This document shows, piece by piece, positions 53,969 to 64,000 of a stretch of DNA of 64,000 nt; the first letter of the stretch is position 1, and every line of letters begins with the position of its first letter. This DNA comes from an uncultured delta proteobacterium. GTDB taxonomy: Bacteria; Desulfobacterota; Desulfobacteria; Desulfobacterales; Desulfosalsimonadaceae. A model generated the notes under the pieces. That model searched no databases. It saw only the letters and a program-made list of their open reading frames with translations, and was not told the DNA's origin. A program made the translations under genes and the position numbers. Location of the stretch: contig CAWGYD010000006.1 in assembly GCA_963826785.1 (NCBI GenBank), forward strand, positions 576,001 to 640,000, given 5' to 3'.

Positions 53969-54200
53969 TAATTTTAAAAGCGGAATATCACCTGAATTGA
54001 GGTGACGAAACCAGGTTCTTTCCCGGATGCAGGAAAACATTGCCAGAAAGGAGGTGGAAAGGGGAAGCGCATCCTGCCGGAGTTCCAGTGGGAATAAGGG
54101 ATTCCGGGTGCGCGCCTGGTTTGAAAGGGACCCCTGAGCGGCTGAATGGGGCAGCGGGGAAAAAGCCTCTGCCCCAAACCGGGCAACGTCTTACGGGTGG

Positions 54201-55904
54201 TCAGTTGACGATTTTGAACTCATTTATTTTGCGATAAATAGTTCTTCGGCTGATACCCAGCAGGCGGGCGGCATCTGACTTGTTTCCAAACGATTTTTCC
54301 AATGCATTCTGAATATCCATACCGCATAGGGATTCGTTTTTCTTCAGTCCGGATTCATAGAAATCAAGCGCTTCAGATTTGATAAAATCAGCAGGCAATT
54401 CATCCATGCCGATCAGATTTTTGCGGCACAATATAAACGCATGCTCCAGGGTGTTTTTAAGTTCACGGATATTTCCCGGCCAGGCGTAGTTCATGAAATA
54501 ATTCATGACCCTGTGGGATACGCCTTCAATGCGGCGGTTGAACTTTCTGTTGAACAGGAACAAAAAATGTTTGACCAGAAGCGGAATATCATCCCGCCGG
54601 TCCCTCAAAGCCGGCATTCTGATCTGAACGACATTTAGGCGATAATATAAATCCTTCCGGAATGAACCCAGCCTCACTTTTTCCTTCAGATCCTGATTGG
54701 TTGCCGCAATCACACGCACATCCACCGGAAGGGTTTTAGAATCCCCCACCCGTTCAATTTCCATGTGTTCAAGCACCCTGAGAAACCGGAGCTGGACGGT
54801 CTGGGAGATTTCTCCGATCTCATCTAAAAAAATGATCCCGCCGTCTGCCCTTTGAAATCTTCCCATTTTATCTTTTACGGCACCGGTAAACGCGCCGCGG
54901 ACATGCCCGAACAATTCGCTTTCGAGCAGGCTTTCGGTCAAAGCGGCACAATTCACCCTGACCAGCGGTTTCTCATTTCGATCCCCTAACCTGTGGATTG
55001 CATTGGCAACCAATTCTTTTCCGGTTCCGCTTTCTCCTGTTATCAGTACAGAAGTATGCACATTTGCCAAATCTTTTATCAGCGAATAAACTTCCTGTAT
55101 TGGTTTGCTGTTTCCAACAATATTGTCAATTTCCAAATGGTGCTGCAGCGTGCGTTCCAACCGCACCATCCGCGTCTGGTCCCGAATCAGCATGACGGCC
55201 CCGGTAAAATCACTATCCATGGTCAGCATGGGCGTTGCTGAAATGCAGACCGTCTGATCCGGCTGTTTTCGTGCACAGCATTCAAGATTGTCAAACTCCA
55301 TCGGAGTCTTATGCATCAGGGTTTTATTCAGCGCGTCAACGCAGCCGGCATTGCATTTAAATGACAGCTCGGCAAAACTTCTGCCGATTGCATCATTCCT
55401 GTCGATATTGCAGATACCGGAGGCTGCCGTATTCATTTCGAGGACTTTCATATTTTTATCCACCGAAATGATGCCATCTTTTACGCTTCTGAAAATGGCT
55501 TCCATGTTCCGCCGGTATCGATCCCTGGCGTCCGCAAGCGCCTTGTGCCGCATGGCCATGCTTGAGGCGCGCAAAAGCGTATCCTGGCGTATCGGTTTGA
55601 CAATGTAATCAAGGGCACCCAGGCGAATGGCTTCTGCTGCGGTTTCTATCGTCGGAACGCCGGTAATGATAATGACCTGGCAATTGGAGTGCTTATCCTT
55701 GATTATTTTTAACAGATCAATCCCGGTCATGCCATCCAGGATAATATCGATAAAAACGAGATCAAAATCCATTTCGGCAAGAGCCGCTTGGGCGTCATCA
55801 TAATTTTCGGCCGTGCGAACTCCATATCCGGCGCCTTCCAAAAAACTCCGATACGTAAACCGGATGCTCTCTTCATCATCCACAATCAGAATGTTTTCTT
55901 GCAT
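54201..55904 (-). CDS. Sigma54-dependent response regulator (REC-PAS-AAA-Fis HTH)
   Basis: Receiver, PAS, GESGTGKE, GAFTGA, WPGNIREL, AARLLGISRRTIYRK. Confidence 0.93.
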   Translation of the reverse strand: MQENILIVDDEESIRFTYRSFLEGAGYGVRTAENYDDAQAALAEMDFDLVFIDIILDGMTGIDLLKIIKDKHSNCQVIIITGVPTIETAAEAIRLGALDYIVKPIRQDTLLRASSMAMRHKALADARDRYRRNMEAIFRSVKDGIISVDKNMKVLEMNTAASGICNIDRNDAIGRSFAELSFKCNAGCVDALNKTLMHKTPMEFDNLECCARKQPDQTVCISATPMLTMDSDFTGAVMLIRDQTRMVRLERTLQHHLEIDNIVGNSKPIQEVYSLIKDLANVHTSVLITGESGTGKELVANAIHRLGDRNEKPLVRVNCAALTESLLESELFGHVRGAFTGAVKDKMGRFQRADGGIIFLDEIGEISQTVQLRFLRVLEHMEIERVGDSKTLPVDVRVIAATNQDLKEKVRLGSFRKDLYYRLNVVQIRMPALRDRRDDIPLLVKHFLFLFNRKFNRRIEGVSHRVMNYFMNYAWPGNIRELKNTLEHAFILCRKNLIGMDELPADFIKSEALDFYESGLKKNESLCGMDIQNALEKSFGNKSDAARLLGISRRTIYRKINEFKIVN

Positions 55905-55907
55905 ACG

Positions 55908-57995
55908 TTACCCCTTTACGTTTGCTGCAGGTGCGGCCGGTAGATCGATGATTACCTTTGCAAAATCGTATTCCTGCCCGTCAATGGTCATTTTACCGGC
56001 ATGTTCGGCAATGATGCCATGGCTTATGCTGAGCCCCAACCCCGTGCCAACCCCTTTTGGCTTGGTGGAAAAGAACGGGTTCATGACTTTTTCGATGATG
56101 TCGGGAGAAAAACCGATACCGAAATCCAGAAAGGAAATTCTGACACAGGCCTTATCGTCAAAGGTAACCCTTTCGGCTTCTATCTGAATCATCTTGTCTT
56201 TATGTTTTTTGGGATAGCGTTTGTTCAGCGAATATCTTGCGTTGCTTAAGATATTGATAAATACCTGCTGTATTTCCTGGGGAATTGCGAATATGAGCGG
56301 AAGGTCGGGTTGGATATTCGCTTGAATGGATATTGCCTCCCGCCGCATTTGAGTGCCAATCAAAGCGAGGGCATCGTCTAAGATCTCATTGATATGAACG
56401 GGAATCTTGGATTGCCTCTCCCGCCTGGCAAAAGATAAAAGGCACTCCACGATCTGGGCGACGCGATTGCTTTCTTTTCTGATGCGTTTGGTGATGTCGA
56501 GATTTTTTTCATTGAGGTTGTTTTCATTAATCAGGATCTGGGCATAGTTGATGATACCGTTTATCGGATTGTTGATTTCATGGGCGACTCCAGCGGCCAA
56601 CTCTCCCAGGGCTGCCAGCTGCTCTGATCGATAAGTAACGGCTCTGGCAATTTTTATATCCGTTATATCCCTCAGGGTCACCAGCACCTTTTGCCGCCCA
56701 TCGGATTCCTCAAACGGCGTATATGTTTGTTCATATATCCGATCGTTTTCGGCATTAAATTCCGAACATTCGGTTTTTTCGGATAAAAAAGCCTTTAGCA
56801 TCAGACAGTCATCACATGGTTGATCATATCCGCGAAAATAGGAGTAGCATTTCCGGCCGTGGTGATCTCCCATTTGGGACTTTAATGATTCGTTAAGATA
56901 TTCAATCGTATAGTCCGGGGCTAATATGCCAACGCCGTCAGGGCGGTGGAAAAGAATTCTTTTAAATTTGTCGTGTTCGTTGCGCAGGTCTTGCTGAAAT
57001 TTCTTTAAATCGTTGATGTTTTTGAATGATTCGACAATTCCCTTGAGTTCGTTATTCGGCCCCCAAAAGGGCCGGACGGTAAGCAGGCAATGTATCAAGG
57101 TCCCATCCGTGCGGTATTTGGTCACTTCCTGGGTGATTTCAGTTGAGGCTTCTCCCTTGCTTAACTTCTGCAGCGGACAGACATCCCGATGGCAAAGATC
57201 TCCCCTGAACACCGCATGGCATTTTTGCCCGACAGCGGTTTTGGCATCCACCCCCGACAGGGACGCGAAGGCTTCATTGGCTTTCAGTATGTTAAAATCC
57301 AGGTCGATCAGCCGCATCCCCACGGATGCTGTTTGAAAAATCTGATTCAGTTCGCTGTGCGCGAGCAGAATCTCCCGCTCCATCTCCTTCCGGGCGGTGA
57401 TATCTTTTCCGATCGCATAGACACTTCTTTGCCCAAAATCATATGATGCGGGAATCAGGTTTAACAGAAGCGTTTTGACGCTTCCGTTTAAATTGAATTC
57501 AATTTCAATATCATTTGCGGCGGTTAAAAACGTCTTTTTCTCTGCCGTTTCCATTTTCCCCATATTTTGAATGGCATGATTCCAGAGTTGGCGGCCCATC
57601 AGGAATTCCCGGTGACATTCGAAAAAATCCTCCCCGGCATGGTTGAAGTCGATTAAATTCCCGGTATCATCAAAAATGAAGATCGGGACCAGCGCTTCTT
57701 GAAAGAGCAGTTGATATTTATGCTCGGTCTCCTTGATCGTTTTGTCTTTGATAATGCCTTCATTTAATCTCAAATTGGCGTAAAAAGCGGCAATAAAGAT
57801 CAATGCCAAAATCAGGCAGCGCTTCCAGAGTTCATGTAAATCCCGGGTAATCAACTGGGACCCAAAGGTCCCCTCGTGCAAAATAAATACATGGATGGCG
57901 GCTTCGAATATCCAGGAGAAAACACTGATCCCGAAGCCGAACCACAAAATTCGGTGTGTGTTGCTAAGACTCGTACTCACCTTGAAAGCACTCAT
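55908..57995 (-). CDS. Multi-PAS sensor histidine kinase
   Basis: Two N-terminal TMs, three PAS domains (two Cys-rich), AHEINNP, GTGLGL; start probably ATG 57995. Confidence 0.9.
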   Translation of the reverse strand: MSAFKVSTSLSNTHRILWFGFGISVFSWIFEAAIHVFILHEGTFGSQLITRDLHELWKRCLILALIFIAAFYANLRLNEGIIKDKTIKETEHKYQLLFQEALVPIFIFDDTGNLIDFNHAGEDFFECHREFLMGRQLWNHAIQNMGKMETAEKKTFLTAANDIEIEFNLNGSVKTLLLNLIPASYDFGQRSVYAIGKDITARKEMEREILLAHSELNQIFQTASVGMRLIDLDFNILKANEAFASLSGVDAKTAVGQKCHAVFRGDLCHRDVCPLQKLSKGEASTEITQEVTKYRTDGTLIHCLLTVRPFWGPNNELKGIVESFKNINDLKKFQQDLRNEHDKFKRILFHRPDGVGILAPDYTIEYLNESLKSQMGDHHGRKCYSYFRGYDQPCDDCLMLKAFLSEKTECSEFNAENDRIYEQTYTPFEESDGRQKVLVTLRDITDIKIARAVTYRSEQLAALGELAAGVAHEINNPINGIINYAQILINENNLNEKNLDITKRIRKESNRVAQIVECLLSFARRERQSKIPVHINEILDDALALIGTQMRREAISIQANIQPDLPLIFAIPQEIQQVFINILSNARYSLNKRYPKKHKDKMIQIEAERVTFDDKACVRISFLDFGIGFSPDIIEKVMNPFFSTKPKGVGTGLGLSISHGIIAEHAGKMTIDGQEYDFAKVIIDLPAAPAANVKG

Positions 57996-58350
57996 TGCCA
58001 GGACGCGTCCCAAAAGGGGGTTGAACGTTATCGCAACTATTGCCGCAATGAAAATGAGCGATTGTATAATTTATCAAGGAAAAAAAGATGTCAGCAAGAA
58101 CCATCGGAGAATTTAGCGAGTTGAAATTAACTATATCTGTAAATATGGAAAATGCAAATTCGTGTTACATATACTATTGGAATTATGGTATATATTAAAC
58201 ATTTATTTTTTGAATGGGGTGGCAAATCATTATGAACAGGTAAGATCGGGTTAGACGGCATAAGCGCCGGGTCAATAGTTCCTGATCTGAAAATCAAGAC
58301 CCGCATTATTTCTGACCATTGCGCCCTGGGTTTTCCGGATAATTTTTTCC

Positions 58351-58992
58351 ATGGATGCAACCTCCATCGCCGGGTTCCAGAACAGCCCGTATCATAAAAC
58401 GGCCGATGTGCGGATGCTCTATTTTTTTTTGCATCCGTCGACTGTGACCCTCGTGGTGCTGGCGGTTCTGGCGATATTTTCCATGATCATCCCCCAGTTC
58501 TGGTGCCGGTATCTATGCCCCTATGGTGCCTTGACCGGATTGGCTGGAGCCATGGGGCCCACCCGGATTCAGCGCAATGAAAACGCCTGCACCGGCTGCG
58601 GCAAATGCAGGAAAGCTTGTCCGAAACAGTTGCCGGTGGATCAAAAAAAGAAACTGGTCACGCCGGAATGCATCGGGTGCATGCAATGTGTATCCGCCTG
58701 CCCGGTAAAAGGGGCGCTGGCATTGCGGACAGTCGGATGCAAACGCGCCTGGTCTGCCAAAAAGATGGGGTTTGCGCTGGTTGCCGCCTGGCTGGTTGTC
58801 ATTTGCGGCGCGATGGGGACCGGGCACTGGAAAAGCGCGGGTTCAGGCAAGACATTTCAGCCGGGTCTGACCCATTTAAGCCGCGTCTCTTCCCTTCAAA
58901 CGGATGCGCACGTGCGCAAACCCGGGGATTTCGAACAACCGTTCGCAGAGGCTGGCGCCCGCATTTTTTTTTCAACCGGGAACAGCGGTTAA
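58351..58992 (+). pseudogene. C-terminal half of a YccM-like membrane 4Fe-4S protein (5' truncated)
   Basis: Begins mid-family at SPYHKTADVRMLYFF; only one WCRYLCPYG plus two ferredoxin motifs; in-frame stop about 20 codons upstream; no RBS. Confidence 0.65.
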
Positions 58993-59465
58993 ATCTGGAT
59001 TTCTTCCGGTGCGGGGGATTGAGGCGCCCGGTGATCGGCCCGGGAAATGGAGACTTTTTGCGGCTCGGGTGAATGGTTTGGTTTCTGGGCGCTCATCACC
59101 ACTGTCATCACGCCGACCAGGATAATGGCAACACCGATCCACCTCAGGGAGGGGACGGTCTCTCCCAGGTAGTAGCGGGCGATGAACACACTGAAAATAT
59201 AATCAAAAGCGGAAACGGGGACCACCAGGCTCAGGTCGCCCACCGAAAAGGCCAAAAGCAGCAGCGAGAAAAAGATGATATGGCAGCAAATGCCGATCAG
59301 GACCCGGGGGTGATGAATGACCGCACCGGCATAGCCCAGTGCCACGGACCAGAACGGGCCCGTAAAATACAGTGCCCGTACTTCATGCAGTCCCTTGGAC
59401 AGCAATCCGTTTCCAACGGCGAGGATCATGGTTGCAAACAACATGATCACGATCGGTTTCCACAT
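58989..59465 (-). CDS. Small DMT/EamA-family transporter
   Basis: GNGLLSKG, GDLSLVVP, LGETVPSLRWIGVAIILVGV. Confidence 0.82.
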   Translation of the reverse strand: MWKPIVIMLFATMILAVGNGLLSKGLHEVRALYFTGPFWSVALGYAGAVIHHPRVLIGICCHIIFFSLLLLAFSVGDLSLVVPVSAFDYIFSVFIARYYLGETVPSLRWIGVAIILVGVMTVVMSAQKPNHSPEPQKVSISRADHRAPQSPAPEEIQI

Positions 59466-59683
59466 AGGATGAGTAATTCCTTGATTTTTTATCGGTCTGA
59501 AAGCGTAAATCCCGGCAGCCGTTTCAAGTGCCGCCGAAGAAAAGAGGATGAAAATAATTTACCACACTGTAAGCACTGGTTCCGTGCAGACAAGCGTATT
59601 TGTGCGCCTGATGTCGGATTTACAGGCAAAAGACCCGCAGGCTGCCGGAAACTAAGATGTACGGCCAATAACAATTCAGCCGG

Positions 59684-59911
59684 CTACTGGTTGCCGAAGC
59701 CATTGAGCTGACCGCAGTCCGGGCAGTGCCAGGTGATCCCGTTGCACGAAAAATGCTTGAACTGGGCATCCATGCAGGTCTGGCAGATGGCAAAGCCGCA
59801 GCGGCAGGTCCAGCTGAAGGGAGCGGTGCCGCGGCAGCAGTGGCAGGTCCGGTCCCGGGTCCGCCGGCGCCGCCGCCGGAGGTTATCGGATGTCTCAGAT
59901 GGCTGATTCAT
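59684..59911 (-). CDS. Small Cys-rich (zinc-finger-like) protein
   Basis: Arg-rich N-terminus; CHCC, CRCG, CQTC, CNG, CPDCG. Confidence 0.7.
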   Translation of the reverse strand: MNQPSETSDNLRRRRRRTRDRTCHCCRGTAPFSWTCRCGFAICQTCMDAQFKHFSCNGITWHCPDCGQLNGFGNQ

Positions 59912-59928
59912 GGCAAGCAATGTACCGT

Positions 59929-59966
59929 AAGCGCCCGCACACCGGCTGAGAGGTGCGGGCGCTTTT
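59929..59966. terminator. Hairpin downstream of the RND gene
   Basis: AAGCGCCCGCAC/GTGCGGGCGCTT 12-bp stem. Confidence 0.6.
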
Positions 59967-60028
59967 CTATGATAATTGTTATTTACATCCCCGTTTAATC
60001 AACTCGCGGGATGGGTGTCAATTCATTT

Positions 60029-63000
60029 TCATATGCCTTCTTCGGCTTCCATTGCCGCCGGTCCGGGCAAGGCCTCGGCGATGTCCGCAGGCCGCATCCT
60101 GCCCCTGAGGCGTGCAATCCCCCGATGACTGTCATCTAAGATCATGTACCCGCAGGGGACCAGCAGCAGGGTGACAAAGGTGGCGAACATGACCCCGAAG
60201 CCCAGGCTGATGGCCATTGGAATGAGAAACTGGGCCTGGATGCTCCTCTCCATGAGCATGGGGGTCAGCCCTCCGAAAGTGGTGATGGAGGTCAGCAGGA
60301 TGGCCCTGAACCGCAGTTTCCCCGCCTCTATGACGGCGTCGTGGGGGGGCAATCCCCCTTCTCGCCTCAGAGAATTGATCTTGTCGATGAGCACCAGGGA
60401 GTCGTTGACCACCACCCCGGAAAGGCCCACAATGCCGAACAGGCTGATGATGCTGATGTTGAATCCCATCAGCAAATGGCCCAGGATGGCGCCCACAATG
60501 CCGAAAGGAATGGCCGACATGACGATCAGGGGCTGGGAGAACGACCGGAAAGGCACGGCCAGCAACGCATAGATGCAGAACAGGGCGATGAAAAGACCGC
60601 GGGTGATGTCGGACATCAATTCCTTCTGATCCTGGCCTTCCCCTTCGATGGTGGTGCGCAGGCCGGGATAATCGGCCTTCAGCTTCGGCAGAAAGGTGCC
60701 GGTCAGGTACTGCCGCACTTCGTTGGCATTGGTGGTCTTTTCGTCCACGTCGGCGGTGACCTTGATCACCCGGAGGCGCTGGGCCCGCTCGATGCTGGCA
60801 TATCCCCGCTCCATCCGGACTTCGGCCACCTTGGAAAACGGCACCTCGTCGCCCGCCGGGGTGCGGATGCGCATCTGCTCCACATTGGCCAGCGACTGCC
60901 GCTCGTTTTCAGGGTAGCGCACCAGGACCTTGACCTCGTTCTTGTCCCGCTGGAACCGCAGGGCCTCGGCCCCGTAAAAGGCATGCCGGACCTGCTGGGC
61001 CAGGTCATTCAGCTTCAGGCCCAGGCTGTCCGCCTCGGATTTGAGCGCAAGCTGCATCTCCATTTTGCCGGGCATGTAGCTGTCGCTCACATCAAATACC
61101 CCGGAGAATTTTTTAAGATCTGCCTTGAGGGCATCGGAAGCCGCAAGGAGCTGATCCTGATTGTCCAGGGAAAGGTGGACTTCCACCGGGTTGCTGGAAC
61201 TCTGGATTTCGCTTTTGAACACCACGGATTCGGCGTCCGGGATGGGGCCGACGGCCTGGCGCCACAGGCGGGTCAGCGCTTCGGATCCGATTTTCCGTTT
61301 CTCCCCGTCGAGCAGCTGGATCATGACATGGGCCAGGTGTCCGCCGGCATCCCCGCCGGACATGTGCTCCGCCATGTGGGCCCCGATCACCGAAGAGCTG
61401 TATTCCATCAGGGGGGGCGCATCCTTGGGCCGCTTTTTATCCTGATCCGCCAGCATCTGCTGCCCCTGCTGCTCGATGCGCTCCACCACCTGGCGGGTTC
61501 GGGCCTCGGGGGTTCCCGCCGGCATGGTCACCAGGCACTGCATGACATCCCCCTCCACCTTGGGGAGGAAGGTGAATTTGATGATGCCGGCGTTCCATAT
61601 CCCGATGGTCAGCAAAAGGACCACCAGCCCCACGGCCGCCGTGGCATACCGCCAGCGGATGCAGGCGTCCAAAATTTTTTGGTAGGGCTTTTCGATCACC
61701 CATTGAAGCGCCCGGGCCGTCTTCCCGGGCCGGGCGGTTTTCGGTTTTTTCAGGGCTTTGCTGCCGGCCAGGTGAGCCGGCAGGATAAACAGGGATTCGA
61801 TCAGCGAACCCAGCAGCACCACGATCACCACGATGGGGATGTTGCGCATCATTTTTCCCATGTTCCCCCCGGCCAGGAGCAGCGGCCAGAAAGCCACCAT
61901 GGTGGTCAGCACGGAAAAAATCACCGGACGCGCGACTTCGGCGGTGCCCACGGCCGCGGCCTTCAGGGGGGGCAGCCCGGCTTCCTGGTGTCGAAAGACA
62001 TTTTCGGACACGATGATGGCGTCATCCACCACGATGCCGAGCACCATGATGAAGGCAAACAGGGAAATCATGTTCAGGGAAACGTCAAACTGGGGGATCA
62101 TCAGCAGCCCGAAGGCGAAACTGACGGGAATCCCCAGGGTCACCCAGAACGCCAGCCGCAGGTTCAGGAAAAGTCCCAGGAGGAAACTCACCAGCACCAG
62201 CCCCAGAAACAGGTTGGAGGTGAGCAGTTCGATGCGGCTTTTCAATGCGGTGGACATGTCCTGGTAGGTCTTCACGGAAAGCCCGTCGGGAAGTCCCGGC
62301 TGGAGGGCTTCCACATAGTCCCGGACTTTGGCCGCAACTTCCAGTGCGCTCTGGTTGGCCACCCGATACACGTTGATGATGGCCGCGGGTTTTCCCTGGA
62401 AGTGGGCGGACAGATCCACATCGGCAAAGCCTTCGGAGATGTCGGCGATCCGGCCCAGGGTGATCCGGGTGCCGTTGGTCCGGGTGATGACCGGGATTTC
62501 CCGGTATTCCTCGGCCGTGTAGCGCCTTCCCTTGGCCCGGATGAGCACTTCCCCTTCCCGGGCGTCCACGCTGCCGGCCGGCAGGTCGAGGCTGCTTTCC
62601 GCCACGGCATCGGCCACCATCCCCAGGGTCAGCCCATACTTGCGCAGGGTCTGCTCGGAAATCTCGATATGAATTTCATCGGGACGAATGGCGGCGATAT
62701 CCGCCTGGGTGATCCCCTCGATGCTGGTCAGGTCGTCTTTGATATCCTGGGCCACGTTCTTGATGGTGGCCTCGGGCACGTCGCCGTAAACGGCGGTGCT
62801 GATGACCTGAATGCGCCGGGTGGCCTCCCGGACGACGGGTTCTTCCGCTTCCACGGGAAGGGTAGTGATCCGGTCGATTTCCGATTTGACCTCATCCAGC
62901 AGCTTCTTGCTGTCCCAGTCCTTCATCACCTCTATGGTGGTCAGGCCGAGACTTTCCCGGGCCACCGAATCGATCCGCCGGATGCCCTCGATACCGGCGA

Positions 63001-63223
63001 CGTTTTCCTCGATCTGGCGGATGACCCCTTCTTCCACCTCGGCGGGGGAAGCGCCCGGATAGGCGACGCTGATCTCGATGGCATCGAGTGCGGTATCCGG
63101 CAGAATTTCCATTTTGATGCCCAGGGCGGTCGTGATGCCGGCCACCAGGAAGAACAGCATCAGCAGGTTGGCGGCCACATGGTTGCCCGCAAACCAGGAG
63201 ATGATATTTTTCATGACGTCCAC
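60029..63223 (-). CDS. RND efflux permease (AcrB/AcrD/AcrF family)
   Basis: NHVAANLLM, YPGASPAEVE, GIVVDDAIIVSEN, GVVVNDSLVL, RFRAILLTSITT. Confidence 0.95.
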   Translation of the reverse strand: MDVMKNIISWFAGNHVAANLLMLFFLVAGITTALGIKMEILPDTALDAIEISVAYPGASPAEVEEGVIRQIEENVAGIEGIRRIDSVARESLGLTTIEVMKDWDSKKLLDEVKSEIDRITTLPVEAEEPVVREATRRIQVISTAVYGDVPEATIKNVAQDIKDDLTSIEGITQADIAAIRPDEIHIEISEQTLRKYGLTLGMVADAVAESSLDLPAGSVDAREGEVLIRAKGRRYTAEEYREIPVITRTNGTRITLGRIADISEGFADVDLSAHFQGKPAAIINVYRVANQSALEVAAKVRDYVEALQPGLPDGLSVKTYQDMSTALKSRIELLTSNLFLGLVLVSFLLGLFLNLRLAFWVTLGIPVSFAFGLLMIPQFDVSLNMISLFAFIMVLGIVVDDAIIVSENVFRHQEAGLPPLKAAAVGTAEVARPVIFSVLTTMVAFWPLLLAGGNMGKMMRNIPIVVIVVLLGSLIESLFILPAHLAGSKALKKPKTARPGKTARALQWVIEKPYQKILDACIRWRYATAAVGLVVLLLTIGIWNAGIIKFTFLPKVEGDVMQCLVTMPAGTPEARTRQVVERIEQQGQQMLADQDKKRPKDAPPLMEYSSSVIGAHMAEHMSGGDAGGHLAHVMIQLLDGEKRKIGSEALTRLWRQAVGPIPDAESVVFKSEIQSSSNPVEVHLSLDNQDQLLAASDALKADLKKFSGVFDVSDSYMPGKMEMQLALKSEADSLGLKLNDLAQQVRHAFYGAEALRFQRDKNEVKVLVRYPENERQSLANVEQMRIRTPAGDEVPFSKVAEVRMERGYASIERAQRLRVIKVTADVDEKTTNANEVRQYLTGTFLPKLKADYPGLRTTIEGEGQDQKELMSDITRGLFIALFCIYALLAVPFRSFSQPLIVMSAIPFGIVGAILGHLLMGFNISIISLFGIVGLSGVVVNDSLVLIDKINSLRREGGLPPHDAVIEAGKLRFRAILLTSITTFGGLTPMLMERSIQAQFLIPMAISLGFGVMFATFVTLLLVPCGYMILDDSHRGIARLRGRMRPADIAEALPGPAAMEAEEGI

Positions 63224-64000
63224 CCTTCCTCGTCCGCATCCACCGTCCGGACCCGCATGCCGTCCGTGACCGCCTTGAGCGGAGAGACGACCACCTGGTC
63301 GCCGGGTTCAAGCCCGCTGCGGATGACCACGCCGCGCTGATCCATGCGGGCGATATCCACGGTGCGGAAATAGAGCCGGTTGTCTTCAGGGGAAACCGCC
63401 CAGACCGTGTCCTTTCCGTGCATGGCCGCCCTGGGGATAATGGTGGCATCGGGCAGGGTAAATCCTTCGATCCGCACTTCCACAAACTGGCCGATGGCCA
63501 GTGGCGGCCGGGTGGCATAGGGGCTTTCGACCCGCACCACCACGTTGATCATGCGGGTCTTCTCGTCGATCTGGCCCTCGGCACGGGCCACATGGCCCTG
63601 CCAGGTGCATTTTCTGCCGGCCACATCTGCGGACACCGTAACGGGGGTGTCGGCATCGCCGTCGCAGGTAAACCCGGGAACCGCAAACCAGTTGAGAACC
63701 GAATCGTCCATGGGGACGACGATCTCGGCGGCATCGGTACAGTAAAGGGTGGCCAGCGGCTGGCCGGGGACGACGAACTGCCCCGGATCCACGGATTCGG
63801 CGCGGACCCGGCCATCGAAGGGGGCGACGATTTCTGTCCGCTTGAGGTCCAGGCGGGCCCTTTCCAGGGCGCCTTTCTGTGCGTCGAGACTGGCTTTGGC
63901 GGCCTCCAGCTGGGGTTTCTTGGCCACCAGGGACGGCGGTTCGGTCCCGGGATGCAGCTGCCGCCATTCGCCCTTGGCGGCTTCGGCCCCCTGTCGGGCC
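63211..64000 (-). CDS. RND periplasmic adaptor (MFP), 5' end beyond the window
   Basis: ARLDLKRTEIVAPFDGRV, GQFVEVRIEG, GLEPGDQVVV; frame stays open to the window edge. Confidence 0.92.
   Translation of the reverse strand, partial: ARQGAEAAKGEWRQLHPGTEPPSLVAKKPQLEAAKASLDAQKGALERARLDLKRTEIVAPFDGRVRAESVDPGQFVVPGQPLATLYCTDAAEIVVPMDDSVLNWFAVPGFTCDGDADTPVTVSADVAGRKCTWQGHVARAEGQIDEKTRMINVVVRVESPYATRPPLAIGQFVEVRIEGFTLPDATIIPRAAMHGKDTVWAVSPEDNRLYFRTVDIARMDQRGVVIRSGLEPGDQVVVSPLKAVTDGMRVRTVDADEEGWTS

Noticed and set aside
58268..58304. CGGGTC...GACCCG short inverted repeat as an IS end or att site
   Set aside because: Only 6 bp, and no matching copy was found at the left island boundary
60029..63223. 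RND pump as a CusA copper exporter belonging to the island
   Set aside because: Motifs look like a generic AcrB/D/F-type protein, it lies in the GC-rich flank, and only a short His/Met patch is present
60341..63340. 999-aa antisense ORF and similar long shadow ORFs (1300-2484, 3243-4511, 20024-21631, 52275-53438)
   Set aside because: They overlap well-supported genes, are expected in high-GC coding DNA, and contain no motifs

Overview
64 kb of GC-rich bacterial chromosome. The gene content (many sigma54 systems, Cys-rich PAS kinases, a split-Soret-like cytochrome with Sec recoding) suggests a Desulfobacterota-type anaerobe; this is inference only. Left part (1-30 kb): two paralogous GMC oxidoreductases around yajD, a glyoxylate-shunt locus (aceA split by a 1-nt frameshift, aceB, divergent aceK) and parE-parC. 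Next, a heme-c sensor kinase and sigma54 regulator face a sigma54 operon encoding YeiH, a small Cys protein, a Tat-exported diheme cytochrome with an in-frame UGA plus SECIS-like hairpin (a selenoprotein the ORF track splits in two) and a porin. Then come cfa and pspF-pspA-nfeD-flotillin. Middle (about 30-58.3 kb): a largely more AT-rich, island-like block. It encodes a copper-centred electron-transfer set (heme-c beta-barrel, type-1 Cu protein, CuA-polyferredoxin, CuA-cytochrome c), NosL x2/ABC/DUF2318 accessory genes, a TonB receptor operon, large secreted proteins and a PAS two-component system. No nosZ, nirK or oxidase subunit I is present in the window. Two control regions 15 kb apart share the same paired palindrome (TGTGYCATGRCACA x2, 32 bp apart), each flanked by divergent sigma54-like promoters, which ties the block into one apparent regulon. 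This is the best candidate for an undescribed system. Right end: a 5'-truncated 4Fe-4S gene, a DMT transporter, a small Cys protein and an RND pump. No rRNA, tRNA, CRISPR, integrase or transposase was recognised.
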